Counted from the stretch's first letter, positions 8,741 to 21,478 are shown. The stretch is DNA of 61,893 bases from Myxococcales bacterium (GCA_023248855.1 JAHFDS010000006.1:1-61893); one strand, 5' to 3'. Program-made: numbers and translations. The notes: generated by a model from the sequence alone, not told the origin.

Positions 8741-9943
8741 CTACTTGGAGAGGAACTTCTTCATCTCCCGGCCGAACTTGGTCACCGATTCCTTGCAGAC
8801 CTTGGTGGCGGCGGTCGACACCGAGGCGATGAAGTTGGAGCGATCGACCTTGCCGACCGAATGCGTCCACGTGTGAAGGACCTTGTTGTTCTTCTTCACG
8901 TTGATGACCTGCATGTTCATCTCGACGTTGACGAGCGCCGTGTTCGGCCCCGCCTCGACCGGCTGGAACATCGCCTCGGCTGAAAGCTTGAGGTCCAGGT
9001 CGTCATCGTCGTCCTGGAACTCGAGCCCCATCTTGTGCATCTCTTCCTTGAGGCAGGCCTCGATGCGGCTCGACTCCGCCTTGGCCTTGCCCTCGAGGTT
9101 CGCGATGTTGACCTTCGCGACCACGTCGATGCCGACCTTGAGGTTCTCCTTGGCGCCCTCGAACTTGGAGTTGATGTCCTCCCAGTCGACCGGCGGCTTC
9201 GATCCCCGGCCGTTCTCGAGCACCATGATGTCCGAGTTGTAGACGGCCCAGATCTCCATCTTCTCGAGCGCCGCGCCGTACGACTTGAAGGCCTTGACCT
9301 TGTCGCTGGCGCCGTCGCCGGCCTTCATCTTGGACTTGATCTCGCCCTCGACCTTGGCCATGTCGTCGCGGATGCGCTCCGCGGCAGGGCCACGCTCGAG
9401 CACCGCGAGCGCGTAGAACGTACCGCCACCGGCCGCGGTCTCCGCGATCTTGAGCCCCTTGATGGCCCGCTCGGTGCCGACCTGATTGCGCTTCTCCATG
9501 CCCATGCTCTTGGCCGAGCCCTGGGAGTTCTGGAAATACTTCTGCACGACGGTCGTCTCGGCCTTGATCTTCGACTCGAAGATCTTCGACACACCCGCCT
9601 TGGCGTCGTTCTCGGCTGCGGCCTGGCTCGGGCCCTGGCCGACGGCGGCCAGGTACGAGCTCTCCGGGTGCTTGGCGTAGGGGTTGCGCACCCACGCCGG
9701 CTTCGCCTGGTAGCTCGCGAAGACGAAGCCCCCGCCACGCACGAGTGCGGACTGCGGCGGCTGCTTCTCCGCCTCGCGCTTGTCCTTGTCGTCGAGCTTC
9801 TTGTCCATGTCCTTCTGCGCCTGGTCGTGATCCTGGCGCGTCTGATCGACCTCCTGCTGCGAGGGCGGCGGCGGCTTCGAGGCGCACGCGAAGGATGACG
9901 ACCCCAGAAGGGTAAGCGTCAGCGCAAGATTCGTGATTCTCAT
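8741..9943 (-). CDS. LPP20-like lipoprotein, long form
   Basis: Lipobox SFAC; KPAWV...YLAAVGQG...AAENDAKAGVSKIF signature; start taken as ATG 9943. Confidence 0.75.
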   Translation of the reverse strand: MRITNLALTLTLLGSSSFACASKPPPPSQQEVDQTRQDHDQAQKDMDKKLDDKDKREAEKQPPQSALVRGGGFVFASYQAKPAWVRNPYAKHPESSYLAAVGQGPSQAAAENDAKAGVSKIFESKIKAETTVVQKYFQNSQGSAKSMGMEKRNQVGTERAIKGLKIAETAAGGGTFYALAVLERGPAAERIRDDMAKVEGEIKSKMKAGDGASDKVKAFKSYGAALEKMEIWAVYNSDIMVLENGRGSKPPVDWEDINSKFEGAKENLKVGIDVVAKVNIANLEGKAKAESSRIEACLKEEMHKMGLEFQDDDDDLDLKLSAEAMFQPVEAGPNTALVNVEMNMQVINVKKNNKVLHTWTHSVGKVDRSNFIASVSTAATKVCKESVTKFGREMKKFLSK

Positions 9944-9988
9944 CCAATCCCCCTTTGAAACGCTGGTCACGCTACTCCGGTAAGACTT

Positions 9989-11827
9989 CTAGTCGATGGT
10001 TCGGTAGTTGATGAACGTCTTCTTCCCTGCTGCAACCTTCACGCCCTTCTTGACGTCGTGCTTGATGACGGCGCCGTTGGCGCTGTAGAAGGTGAGCTCG
10101 ACATCGTACTCGCCGGGCTCGGCCCAGTACCGGGCCACGTTGTACACTGCGGGCAGCGTGAACCACTGGCGCTTGTCGGCTTCCGCGGCGGCATTCATCG
10201 CCGCCTGCGCGCCGAACGAGAAGATCTTGCCCGCGGTGTCGCCGAAGATCTTGCCGACGATGCTCCCGCCCGCCTTCGAGAGCAGCAGCTTGGTCACGGC
10301 CGACGCGGTGACCTTGATGAAGTTGCGGGTCATCGCGTCCGCGTGGTCCTTGATGGCGATGGCGGCGATGGGCTCCGCCGGAACCGTCAGAGCCTCGTTG
10401 CCCGCGAGCGAGACCGGGGCGGAGAGCATCGGGCCCAGGGCCTCCTCCGGCTTGTAGCCCGTCGAGTCCTTCTTGGCGTCCTTCTGACGCGCGGTGATCG
10501 CCGCGGCGTAGGCGGTGCGAACCTCGAGAATACCGGCGTTGAGCTCGCGGGCGAGGTCATTGGCAAGCATGGGATCGAGCCACACCGCGCGGTTCGCCAG
10601 ATAGATGGCGAGGCGCAGGTACATCTGCATCTCGGCGAGCGCGCCCGGATCGCTCTGCAGCCGCCGAGCCGCATCGCGGGCCGACGCGAGCGCAGCCAGC
10701 GACGAGGCCTTGAGGGCCATCGGGTCGTAGCGATCGACACCCGAGGGCATCCCCTTGTAGGGCTGCTTCGAGGCCTTGGCGGCCTCCATCTCGCCGGGCT
10801 TCCACACCGACATCTTGGCCGCCGCGACCTTCCACGGCTTGAAATCGAGCATGGGGATGGCGACGCGCACGGTGTCTGCACCAGGCTTCGGAATGATCTT
10901 GGCGCTGGAGAAGCCCTGTTCGCCAGGACCGGCGTCACAGCTCGGTGCCAGCTTGTCCGCGGTGCAGGTGATGAAGAAATCCTTCTTCTGCGGCACCTCG
11001 CCGGCGCCGTGCACCAGGATGATCTCTCCGTGCGACGCCATCACCTTGTTGGTGGCGTCTATGTCCGGATCGTTGCGCGAGTACTTCTTGGCCTTCTCGA
11101 CGTCGGACTCGAACCCGCCGAGCTTGGTGGCCACGCGGACGATGTCCTGGAACAGGTAGCGCGGCGTGGGAAACAGGAAGGACTTCCCGTAGAGGTCGCG
11201 ATACGCAATGAAGGCGTTCTTGTACGAGATCAACGCCTCGTTGTTCTCGCCGTTGCCCTCCTGGATCACGCCCGCGAGCCAGCGCGAGAACGCGTCCTGG
11301 TTGAAGGTCGGCCCCTTCTTCTCACCGTACTTGGTGGCGAGCTTCTTGAGGCGCTCGTCGAGCGCGCGGGCCTGGACGAGCGCCTTGTCGCCCTCGTTCA
11401 TCGTGGCGTAGTTCAACATGGACAGCGGATACGAGAGCACGATCTCGAAATCCGCTCCCTCGTAGTCCTGCACGGCGTCGCTCGTGACGAGCGACGCTGC
11501 CGACTTCGAGACAGACGTCGTGTAGAGCTCGTCGTGGCGCTTGACGGCCTTGTCGAGGAGGTCGTTCGACTCCTTGTACTTGTCCGTCATGTGCAAGAAC
11601 ATCGCGAGGTTGAGCCAGTAGGCGACGCGGTCGCGCGGCTCGAAGGCCTCGGGCTTGCCGTCCTTGTCCTTCTTGGAGTAGAGAGCCGCCGCCCCCTGCC
11701 AGTCGCCGCGCGCGTACGCCTCGCGGACCTTCTTCTGGACCTCCATCATCTTGCCCTGACCGCACCCGGCTGCCGAAATGGCAAACAGGACGGCCGCGGC
11801 ACCCAGCACACGCGAGCCTCGCATCAT
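9989..11827 (-). CDS. COG3014-like TPR lipoprotein
   Basis: Lipobox AAGC; DYEGADFE, ALVQAR, NEALISYKNA and EADKRQWFTLP motifs. Confidence 0.75.
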   Translation of the reverse strand: MMRGSRVLGAAAVLFAISAAGCGQGKMMEVQKKVREAYARGDWQGAAALYSKKDKDGKPEAFEPRDRVAYWLNLAMFLHMTDKYKESNDLLDKAVKRHDELYTTSVSKSAASLVTSDAVQDYEGADFEIVLSYPLSMLNYATMNEGDKALVQARALDERLKKLATKYGEKKGPTFNQDAFSRWLAGVIQEGNGENNEALISYKNAFIAYRDLYGKSFLFPTPRYLFQDIVRVATKLGGFESDVEKAKKYSRNDPDIDATNKVMASHGEIILVHGAGEVPQKKDFFITCTADKLAPSCDAGPGEQGFSSAKIIPKPGADTVRVAIPMLDFKPWKVAAAKMSVWKPGEMEAAKASKQPYKGMPSGVDRYDPMALKASSLAALASARDAARRLQSDPGALAEMQMYLRLAIYLANRAVWLDPMLANDLARELNAGILEVRTAYAAAITARQKDAKKDSTGYKPEEALGPMLSAPVSLAGNEALTVPAEPIAAIAIKDHADAMTRNFIKVTASAVTKLLLSKAGGSIVGKIFGDTAGKIFSFGAQAAMNAAAEADKRQWFTLPAVYNVARYWAEPGEYDVELTFYSANGAVIKHDVKKGVKVAAGKKTFINYRTID

Positions 11828-11932
11828 GTTGACCTCACTGGTGGCGTTCCCGACGCGGCACCTGCCGCGTCCCTACTCGGTACACCGACCTGCCGATCGT
11901 CGGTTTCAGGTGCCGCTCTCGGCGCCAAAGCG

Positions 11933-11974
11933 CGAAGGCCGAAGGCGCCCTTTCGGCTGTGCCTTCGACCTTCG
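11933..11974. repeat. Intergenic inverted repeat (hairpin)
   Basis: cgaaggccgaaggc-N14-gccttcgaccttcg; 13 of 14 positions complementary. Confidence 0.7.
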
Positions 11975-12014
11975 ACTGGGCGTATCCAGGACGCTCACAC
12001 GCGTCCCCGAGCGG

Positions 12015-12629
12015 CTAGAACGAGGCGCTCGGCTGGTTGACTTCCTTGCGGATCTTCTTCTGGTCCTGCCAGACCTTCTTGCGCGACGAGACGTCGGTGA
12101 GCTGCATGGTGGTCACGTACGCGCGGATCTCCTTGCCGTCGGCGGAGTCGTTCTGCACGTTGATCGCGCCGTTCAGGATGAAGTCTGCGCCCTCGGCATT
12201 GCCGCGCGACTTCGCGCTCTCGTCCGAGGCGTTCTTCTTCTGGTCAGCGAGCTCGGCGTCGAGGTCGCCGCCCTCGTTGGCAGCCGCCACCACGTCGACC
12301 GTGCCGGAGTTGACGAGCGCGGTCTCGAACTGCTTGGTGAAGTACTCGTCGTTGATCTGCTCGGACGACTTGTTCTTCACCCGGTAGAGCTTGAGCGTCG
12401 GGTTCTTGCCGTTGTGCGCGTCCTTGAACTTCTGCGCCCAGCCGCCGTTGGCCTTGAGACAGTTGCCGATCATCTCCTTCGCGACCAGGTCGGCATCGAC
12501 GTCGTTCCAGTTGCCCGAGAGGTCCTGCGACTGCGTCGAGGTGTCCCGGTTGACCTTCTTGCCGCCAGTGCATCCAAGCACCGCCAGGGTCGCCGCCGCC
12601 GCCAGAATAAAGATCTTGTTCGCCTTCAT
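12015..12629 (-). CDS. LpoB-family lipoprotein
   Basis: Lipobox VLGC; DLSGNWNDVD, VKNKSSEQI, GADFILNGAI, KVWQDQKKIRK; SD GAGGGAGG upstream. Confidence 0.8.
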   Translation of the reverse strand: MKANKIFILAAAATLAVLGCTGGKKVNRDTSTQSQDLSGNWNDVDADLVAKEMIGNCLKANGGWAQKFKDAHNGKNPTLKLYRVKNKSSEQINDEYFTKQFETALVNSGTVDVVAAANEGGDLDAELADQKKNASDESAKSRGNAEGADFILNGAINVQNDSADGKEIRAYVTTMQLTDVSSRKKVWQDQKKIRKEVNQPSASF

Positions 12630-12784
12630 CGTCGTCTTCCTCCCTCGAGAACAGCTTGGAAACCGTCGTGGTTCGGACCCCGTCGTGGGGAATGATTCAC
12701 CGGGCGTGCATCGTAAGGCAACGGAACCGCCTTGAGAAGCCCGAAATTCCGGACAGAAAATCGGGACGTCGCCCAGGGCACATG

Positions 12785-12818
12785 AAAAAAACGGGGAGGG
12801 TCCGAAGACCCTCCCCGT
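12785..12818 (-). terminator. Rho-independent terminator
   Basis: Stem acggggagggtc-cgaa-gaccctccccgt followed on the minus strand by a T run; lies just downstream of the 12867 gene. Confidence 0.9.
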
Positions 12819-12866
12819 TCGACGCCTCAGCTTGTCGCGCGATCCCAGCCTGGTCGCGCGGGTGGA

Positions 12867-13463
12867 TCAGCCGCCGCCCTCGGTCTTGGCGCCGAGCGCC
12901 GCGTCGAGGTCGCCTTGGGCCTTCTCCGCGTTGTCACGGATGTACTCCTTGGTGCCTTCGTCTACGTCCTTGGACTCGGCCACGACCTGCTTGAACTTGC
13001 CCACCTCGATGATGCAGAGCGAGTAGATGGTACCGTCCTTGTTGCTCTTCCAGTGGTCCTCGATCATCGAGCCGCGGAGCGTGCCCTCGGTGAGCGTGCG
13101 TGCGACCGACTTCACGTCGATCTCGGTCTTGCCCTTTCCGCCCGTCATGGTGGCGCGCTTGTAGCTCTCGATCATGGCCGCCACGTAGGTCTCGAACACG
13201 CGCTGGAGCTGGACGCGCGCGTCGTTGTCGGCCGCCTCGCGCGCCAGGCCCTCGTCGTCCATGCCCTTTGGCGACAGACCCACGGCGAAGATGACCCCCG
13301 CCTTGCCCGGGTAGTTGCCCGAGCCCTTGTTCACCCAGGCGGGACGATCGCGATCGCCCATGTCGCCAGCGGGCTTCTGCATCGGATCTTCCTTCTTGCC
13401 GCAGCCGGCCGAAAGGCCCGTGAGCAGAAGACCAGCCATAACTACACGTACGTGATTCATCAT
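12867..13463 (-). CDS. LPP20-like lipoprotein, short form
   Basis: Lipobox LSAGC; RPAWV...IFAVG...AREAADNDARVQL; SD GGGGAGGA before ATG 13463. Confidence 0.78.
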   Translation of the reverse strand: MMNHVRVVMAGLLLTGLSAGCGKKEDPMQKPAGDMGDRDRPAWVNKGSGNYPGKAGVIFAVGLSPKGMDDEGLAREAADNDARVQLQRVFETYVAAMIESYKRATMTGGKGKTEIDVKSVARTLTEGTLRGSMIEDHWKSNKDGTIYSLCIIEVGKFKQVVAESKDVDEGTKEYIRDNAEKAQGDLDAALGAKTEGGG

Positions 13464-13807
13464 CGATCGTCCTCCCCTGAGAGTGCCTTGCATGGTCGAC
13501 GCCAAAACCATCGGACCTTCCCCCCGCTGGCTCGAGGCGCGCACAAGCGCTGGAAACCGCCCAGGAGCCTCGCAGAGCGCTCGCAGGGTGTCAAGCATGC
13601 GGACCGCGTGCCGTGCGCTCGATCCGTGAGCCCGCCCGCATTGGCCGGGGTCCGATCGCCCCGGAGCCCCGGGGCGGCCACGACCCTGCGTTGAATCTCC
13701 GACGGCAACGCCGTCAATCTTCTGTCAGCTTGCTCCCCTGCCGGCAAGCGGTTTATATCCGCGCCCGAAGTCTCACAAGCGGCCCCCGCTGCGCAGAAGG
13801 AGAGCCC

Positions 13808-15067
13808 ATGTCCCACCCCCCGAAGTCGCCCGCCCCGCAGATCCCCTCGGACGGTGTCCCGATCACGATGCGCGCCGACGGCACGCTGCAGGTGCCGGAC
13901 CGACCCATCATCCCCTTCATCGAGGGAGACGGCACCGGCCCGGACATCTGGCGCGCGTCTGTGCGCGTGCTCGACGCCGCCGTCGATAAGGCGTTCGGCG
14001 GCGCAAAGCGCGTCGCGTGGGCCGAGGTCTACGCGGGCGAGAAGGCCAAGAACCTGTTCGACAACTGGCTGCCCGACGAGACGGTCGAGGCCTTCCGCAA
14101 GTACCTGGTCGGCATCAAGGGGCCGCTCACGACGCCGGTGGGAGGCGGCATTCGCTCCCTCAACGTCGCCCTGCGTCAGATGCTCGACCTGTACGTTTGC
14201 CTGCGCCCGGTACGCTATTTCAGGGGCGTTCCCTCGCCCGTCAAGCGTCCTGAAAAGGTCGACATGGTGATCTTCCGCGAGAACACGGAGGACATCTACG
14301 CGGGCATCGAGTGGGCCGCCGAGAGCGCCGAAGCGCAGAAGCTCATCGCCTTCCTCCAGGGCGAGCTCAAGGTCAAGCAGATCCGCTTCCCCAAGACGAG
14401 CGGTATCGGCATCAAGCCGGTCTCGCAGGAGGGCTCCGAGCGACTCATCCGCGCGGCCGTCGAGTATGCCATCCGCCACAAGCGCAAGAGCGTCACGTTC
14501 GTGCACAAGGGCAACATCATGAAGTTCACCGAGGGCGCCTTCCGCGACTGGGGCTATGCCCTGGTCAAGCGCGAGTTCGCCGGCAAGGCAATCGGCTGGG
14601 ATGACTGCGGCGGCAAGCCGCCCGCGGGCCAGATCCTGGTCAAGGACGCGATCGCGGACATCACGCTGCAGCAGGTGCTCACCCGGCCCGAGGACTTCGA
14701 CGTCATCGCGACGCTCAACCTCAACGGCGACTACCTGTCGGACGCCCTCGCCGCGCAGGTCGGCGGCATCGGGATCGCGCCAGGCGGCAACATCAACTAC
14801 GTCAGCGGGCACGCCATCTTCGAGGCCACGCACGGCACCGCACCGAAGTACGCGAACCTCGACAAGGTGAACCCCGGCTCGGTGATCCTCTCGGGCGTGA
14901 TGATGCTCGAGCACCTCGGCTGGACCGACGCCGCCAACCGGATCGTCGGCGGCATCGACAAGTGCATCGCCGACAAGATCGTGACCTACGACTTCGCTCG
15001 CCTCATGGAGGGCGCGAAGGAGGTCAAGTGCTCCGAGTTCGCTGACGCCATCATCGCGCGGCTGTAG
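13808..15067 (+). CDS. icd: NADP-dependent isocitrate dehydrogenase
   Basis: [50 protein letters not shown]; SD AAGGAGA. Confidence 0.97.
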   Translation: MSHPPKSPAPQIPSDGVPITMRADGTLQVPDRPIIPFIEGDGTGPDIWRASVRVLDAAVDKAFGGAKRVAWAEVYAGEKAKNLFDNWLPDETVEAFRKYLVGIKGPLTTPVGGGIRSLNVALRQMLDLYVCLRPVRYFRGVPSPVKRPEKVDMVIFRENTEDIYAGIEWAAESAEAQKLIAFLQGELKVKQIRFPKTSGIGIKPVSQEGSERLIRAAVEYAIRHKRKSVTFVHKGNIMKFTEGAFRDWGYALVKREFAGKAIGWDDCGGKPPAGQILVKDAIADITLQQVLTRPEDFDVIATLNLNGDYLSDALAAQVGGIGIAPGGNINYVSGHAIFEATHGTAPKYANLDKVNPGSVILSGVMMLEHLGWTDAANRIVGGIDKCIADKIVTYDFARLMEGAKEVKCSEFADAIIARL

Positions 15068-16057
<990 letters not shown>

Positions 16058-16078
16058 CGCGCTTCGCGCGCGGGCCTC

Positions 16079-16099
16079 GAAGCCCGAAGCCCGAAGCCC
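16079..16099 (+). repeat. Intergenic heptamer repeat (GAAGCCC)x3
   Basis: Read directly between mdh and sucC; preceded by a gcgcgc-ttc-gcgcgc hairpin. Confidence 0.7.
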
Positions 16100-16115
16100 A
16101 AGCGAAGGGACCGAA

Positions 16116-17296
<1,181 letters not shown>

Positions 17297-17297
<1 letters not shown>

Positions 17298-18181
17298 TGG
17301 CCATCCTCTGTGGAAAGGGCACCAAGCTGCTCGTGCAGGGCGTGACGGGCTCGGCCGGAACGTTCCACGCCAAGCAGATGCGGGAGTACGGCACCGACAT
17401 CGTCGGTGGCGTCACGCCGGGCAAGGGTGGCACGACGCACGAGGGGTTCCCCGTATTCGACACGGTCGCCCAGGCGCGTGCGCGGACGGGCGCCAACGCG
17501 ACCGTCATCTACGTTCCCCCGCCAGGCGCCGCCGATGCGATCCTCGAGGCGGAAGCTGCGGGCATCGAGCTCATCGTCTGCATCACCGAGGGGATCCCGA
17601 TCATCGACATGCTCGCGGTGAAGCGGAAGCTCACCGGCTCGAAGAGCGTTCTCGTCGGGCCCAACTGCCCGGGCGTCATCACGCCGGGGCCCAAGGGCGT
17701 CGGCGCCAAGATCGGCATCATGCCGGGCTACATCCACATGCCGGGCAACGTCGGGGTGGTGTCGCGCTCGGGCACCCTCACCTACGAGGTCGTGCACCAG
17801 CTCACGCAGCTCGGCCTCGGCCAGTCCACCGCCGTCGGCATCGGCGGTGACCCGGTCAAGGGATCGGACTTCATCGACGTCCTGGAGCGGTTCGCCGCAG
17901 ATCCCGAGACCAAGGCGGTCTTCATGATCGGCGAGATCGGCGGCACCAGCGAGGAGTCCGCGGCGACGTGGATCAAGGCCAACATGAAGGGCAAGCCGGT
18001 GGCCGCGTTCATCGCGGGACTGACCGCGCCGCCGGGCAAGCGCATGGGTCACGCCGGGGCGATCATCGCCGGCGGCAAGGGCGCGGCCTCGGACAAGATC
18101 GCGGCGCTCAAGGAGGCGGGCATCACCGTCTCCGCGAGCCCAGCGGAGATGGGGCGCACGCTCGCTGCGCTCATGAAGTAA
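17297..18181 (+). CDS. sucD: Succinyl-CoA synthetase alpha subunit
   Basis: [31 protein letters not shown]; TGATG coupling to sucC. Confidence 0.98.
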
Positions 18182-18199
18182 CCAGCAGGAGAAATTCAG

Positions 18200-18631
18200 A
18201 TGGCACTCGAGAGAACCCTTTCCATCGTCAAGCCCGACGCCGTGGCCGCAAACGCCACCGGCAGGATCCTCGCGATGTTCGAGGAGGCTGGGCTAAGGCC
18301 CATTGCGATCAGGACCGTGCGCCTGACCACCGAGCAGGCCCAAGCCTTCTACGCCGTCCACACGGCGCGCCCGTTCTTCGGCGACCTCGTCAAGTTCATG
18401 ACGAGCGGCCCGGTGTGCGTGAGTGTGCTCGAAGGTGAGAACGCGATCGTCCGCAACCGCGAGGTCATGGGCCCCACAGACTCGAAGAAGGCGGCGGCGG
18501 GTACGGTCCGCGGCCGATTCGGGACGGACATCGAGAAGAACGCAGTTCACGGCTCGGACGCCCCGGAGACGGCGGCGGTCGAGGTCGGCTTCTTCTTCTC
18601 GGGCGCCGAGCTCGCTTCGCTCGCCCGCTGA
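18200..18631 (+). CDS. ndk: Nucleoside diphosphate kinase
   Basis: [23 protein letters not shown]; SD AGGAG. Confidence 0.97.
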   Translation: MALERTLSIVKPDAVAANATGRILAMFEEAGLRPIAIRTVRLTTEQAQAFYAVHTARPFFGDLVKFMTSGPVCVSVLEGENAIVRNREVMGPTDSKKAAAGTVRGRFGTDIEKNAVHGSDAPETAAVEVGFFFSGAELASLAR

Positions 18632-18644
18632 AGTGGGCCCCCTG

Positions 18645-18670
18645 AAGTGGGGGCTGGAGCCCCCACTTTG
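18645..18670 (+). terminator. Probable terminator after ndk
   Basis: aagtgggggc-tgga-gcccccactt stem with a short T run. Confidence 0.65.
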
Positions 18671-18708
18671 CATTGCGGGCGGGGGATCATCAAGGGTACG
18701 ATGCTGCC

Positions 18709-20358
18709 TTGGTGGCGTCTTCCCTCGAGAACTCAGACGCCGCGGCCGACGACGAGCACACGCACGTCGACGCGCCGCCGGGGCGTGGAGACGAGGCCCA
18801 GTCACCGCCGAGTGACGTTCTCCTGGCCCTGGGTCCCGATCCCTTGCCCGCGGGCTTCTCCGTCGGCGACTACGTCATCGAGACGCTGCTGGGTCAGGGC
18901 GGCATGGGTGCGGTCTACCGTGCCGTGCAGCCCCTCATCGAAAAGCGTGTGGCGATCAAGGTGCTCTCGCGTCAGCTCGCGGACAGCCCCGAGGCGGTCT
19001 CGCGCTTCCAGAAGGAAGCCCGCGCCGTCAACCAGATCGGCCACAAGAACATCATCGATGTCTACAACTTCGGCCAGCTTCCCGACGGCCGGCACTACTA
19101 CGTCATGGAGTTCGTGCGCGGAGACACGCTGCGCGAGCGGATCGACCGCCAGCAGGGACTGACGCTGCAGGAGGCCCTGCCGATCTTCCGCGACATCGGG
19201 CGGGCGTTGCAGGCGGCCCACGCGAAGGCGATCATCCATCGCGATCTCAAGCCCGAGAACGTGATGCTGTCCCCCGACGAGGATGGCCTGGTCGTCAAGC
19301 TGCTCGACTTCGGGGTGGCCAAGCTGCTCTCGGGCGAGCGCGCCGGCGAGAACCAGACCGAAAAAGGCATCGCGCTCGGCACGCCCAAGTACATGTCGCC
19401 CGAGCAATGCACCGGCGGCGTGGTGGACGCGCGCTCGGACCTTTATGCGATCGGCGTGATGCTCTTCGAGGCGATCGTCGGGCGCGCTCCGTTCGACGCC
19501 CCCCACTACTTCCAGATCTTCGACATGCACTTGCGCGCGTCGCGCCCGGTTCCGAGCCTGGAGGCACCGGACAAGAGGGTGCCGCCGGCGTTCGATGAGC
19601 TCGTCACGACGCTCATGGAACGCGAGCCCCAGAGCCGCCTGCAGAGCGCGCAGGACCTGCTCGAGGCGCTCGATCGGATCCAGCAGCTGGTGTTGCGCGG
19701 AGGCGCGGCGGCGCTCCCGCAGCGGCAGACGTTGCCTCCCCAATCGCACCCTCCAAAGGTCGCGGGCTCGGCGCCGAGCGGACGGATTCCGCTGCCAGTG
19801 ATGGAGCCCGCAAGTCGCGTCGCGTCCATGTACCAGTCGCTGCAGGCGCCCGTTCTCTCCACGGTCACGCTCGATCGCCTCGGTGAAGGGGGGGAGCCGC
19901 ACGCCGCAGCGCCGCAAGCATTGGCCGCCGTGGCGCCGGGGCCAATCGCGCCACTGCTGCCTGATCCGGGTCCGCTGTTGCCGATCGAGCCGCCTCCGGC
20001 GGGCGTTGTCAGCCTGCGCTTTCGCCCGGACGTGGCCCCTGACGCGCCGCCGGAGATCGAGGATTCAGGACCTGCGCGGGTGCGGCGAACGGCCTCGGCG
20101 GCCGACGCTCGGCCACCGGCGGCCGTCCCAAGCCGGGGGATCCCCGTGGCGGCGCGCGATCTGCCCCCACTGCAGCGCCCACCGGGTGGGTCTCCTTCAC
20201 CGCGTTCGACGCCCGCGGCAACACCCCCCAAGACGCCAGCCGGCTCCGTCCGCACCACCACGCCGCCCCGACCCGCAGGTCGCGGCGTCCCGGTCGCCAC
20301 GATCGTCGTCATCGGGGTGCTCACGGCGGCGCTTGCCACGTTCCTGCTCCTCAGGTAG
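18709..20358 (+). CDS. Hanks-type Ser/Thr protein kinase with Pro-rich linker and C-terminal TM
   Basis: LGQGGMGAVY, VAIK, HRDLKPEN, DFG, GTPKYMSPE; start uncertain (18673-18712). Confidence 0.92.
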   Translation: MVASSLENSDAAADDEHTHVDAPPGRGDEAQSPPSDVLLALGPDPLPAGFSVGDYVIETLLGQGGMGAVYRAVQPLIEKRVAIKVLSRQLADSPEAVSRFQKEARAVNQIGHKNIIDVYNFGQLPDGRHYYVMEFVRGDTLRERIDRQQGLTLQEALPIFRDIGRALQAAHAKAIIHRDLKPENVMLSPDEDGLVVKLLDFGVAKLLSGERAGENQTEKGIALGTPKYMSPEQCTGGVVDARSDLYAIGVMLFEAIVGRAPFDAPHYFQIFDMHLRASRPVPSLEAPDKRVPPAFDELVTTLMEREPQSRLQSAQDLLEALDRIQQLVLRGGAAALPQRQTLPPQSHPPKVAGSAPSGRIPLPVMEPASRVASMYQSLQAPVLSTVTLDRLGEGGEPHAAAPQALAAVAPGPIAPLLPDPGPLLPIEPPPAGVVSLRFRPDVAPDAPPEIEDSGPARVRRTASAADARPPAAVPSRGIPVAARDLPPLQRPPGGSPSPRSTPAATPPKTPAGSVRTTTPPRPAGRGVPVATIVVIGVLTAALATFLLLR

Positions 20359-20368
20359 GAACCCGGGG

Positions 20369-21478
20369 ATGGCGGCCGCGCTCGAACCCTCGATCGACGC
20401 TGCGGGGGCGCGAGTGTCCCTGCGTCGGCTGTCGCGTCCGGAGCTCATCGCCTTCGTCCGGGAGATCGGAGAGTCCCCGTTTCGCGCACACCAGCTGTTT
20501 CGCTGGATCCACCTGCTCGGCGCGACCCATTTCTCGGGGATGACCGATCTGTCGAAGGGGCTACGGGTAAAGCTCGAAACGACGGCGACGCTCGAGCCGC
20601 TCGCCGTCGATGTCGTGCAACAGTCGCTCGACGGCACCCGGAAGCTGCGCCTTCTCACGCGCGACGGCCACGCCATCGAGAGCGTGCTCATCCCCGATGG
20701 CGAGAAGCTCACCCAGTGCATCTCGTCGCAAGTCGGCTGCGCGCTCGATTGCACCTTCTGCGCCACCGCGACGATGGGATTCGGGCGGAACCTCGATGCC
20801 GGCGAGATCGTCGACCAGGTCTATCGCGCGCGGACCATCCTGCCGTCGGGCCGGCGCATCACGAACCTCGTCTTCATGGGGATGGGGGAGCCGCTGCACA
20901 ACTTCGTCGAGGTGGAGAGGTCGCTCGCCATCCTCATGGACGACACCGGGGCGAACTTCTCGTGCCGGAAGATCACGGTGTCGACGGCGGGCCTGGTTCC
21001 CGGTATCGAGAAGCTCGGGCGCCTGCCGATGGGACCGAACCTCGCCATCTCGCTCAACGCATCGGACGATGTCACGCGCGACATGCTGATGCCCATCAAC
21101 AAGAAGTGGCCCATCCGGGCGCTCCTCGACGCGGTGCGCGCCTACCCGCTCGATCGACGGCGCCGGGTCACCTTCGAGTATGTCCTGCTGGATGGGATCA
21201 CCGATCGCGACGAGGACGCCTCGCGCCTCGCGAAGCTCCTGCGTGGTCTCAAGTGCAAGGTCAACATCATCCCGTGGAATCCACACCCGCTCGCGCCGTA
21301 TCGACGTCCGCCGGCGGAGCGAATCGATCGTTTCCAGAACCTGCTCCGCGATGCTGGGCTGCCCGTATACCTGCGGCGACCGCGCGGCGATGACATCGAT
21401 GCGGCGTGCGGCCAGCTCGCGAGCCGCGGCGCCGAAGCTCTGGTTCCCCTGCGGGCCAGCAGGCGGACGCGCCCCTGA
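20369..21478 (+). CDS. rlmN: 23S rRNA/tRNA m2A radical SAM methyltransferase
   Basis: CISSQVGCALDCTFC, FMGMGEP, FEYVL, DIDAACGQL. Confidence 0.96.
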   Translation: MAAALEPSIDAAGARVSLRRLSRPELIAFVREIGESPFRAHQLFRWIHLLGATHFSGMTDLSKGLRVKLETTATLEPLAVDVVQQSLDGTRKLRLLTRDGHAIESVLIPDGEKLTQCISSQVGCALDCTFCATATMGFGRNLDAGEIVDQVYRARTILPSGRRITNLVFMGMGEPLHNFVEVERSLAILMDDTGANFSCRKITVSTAGLVPGIEKLGRLPMGPNLAISLNASDDVTRDMLMPINKKWPIRALLDAVRAYPLDRRRRVTFEYVLLDGITDRDEDASRLAKLLRGLKCKVNIIPWNPHPLAPYRRPPAERIDRFQNLLRDAGLPVYLRRPRGDDIDAACGQLASRGAEALVPLRASRRTRP

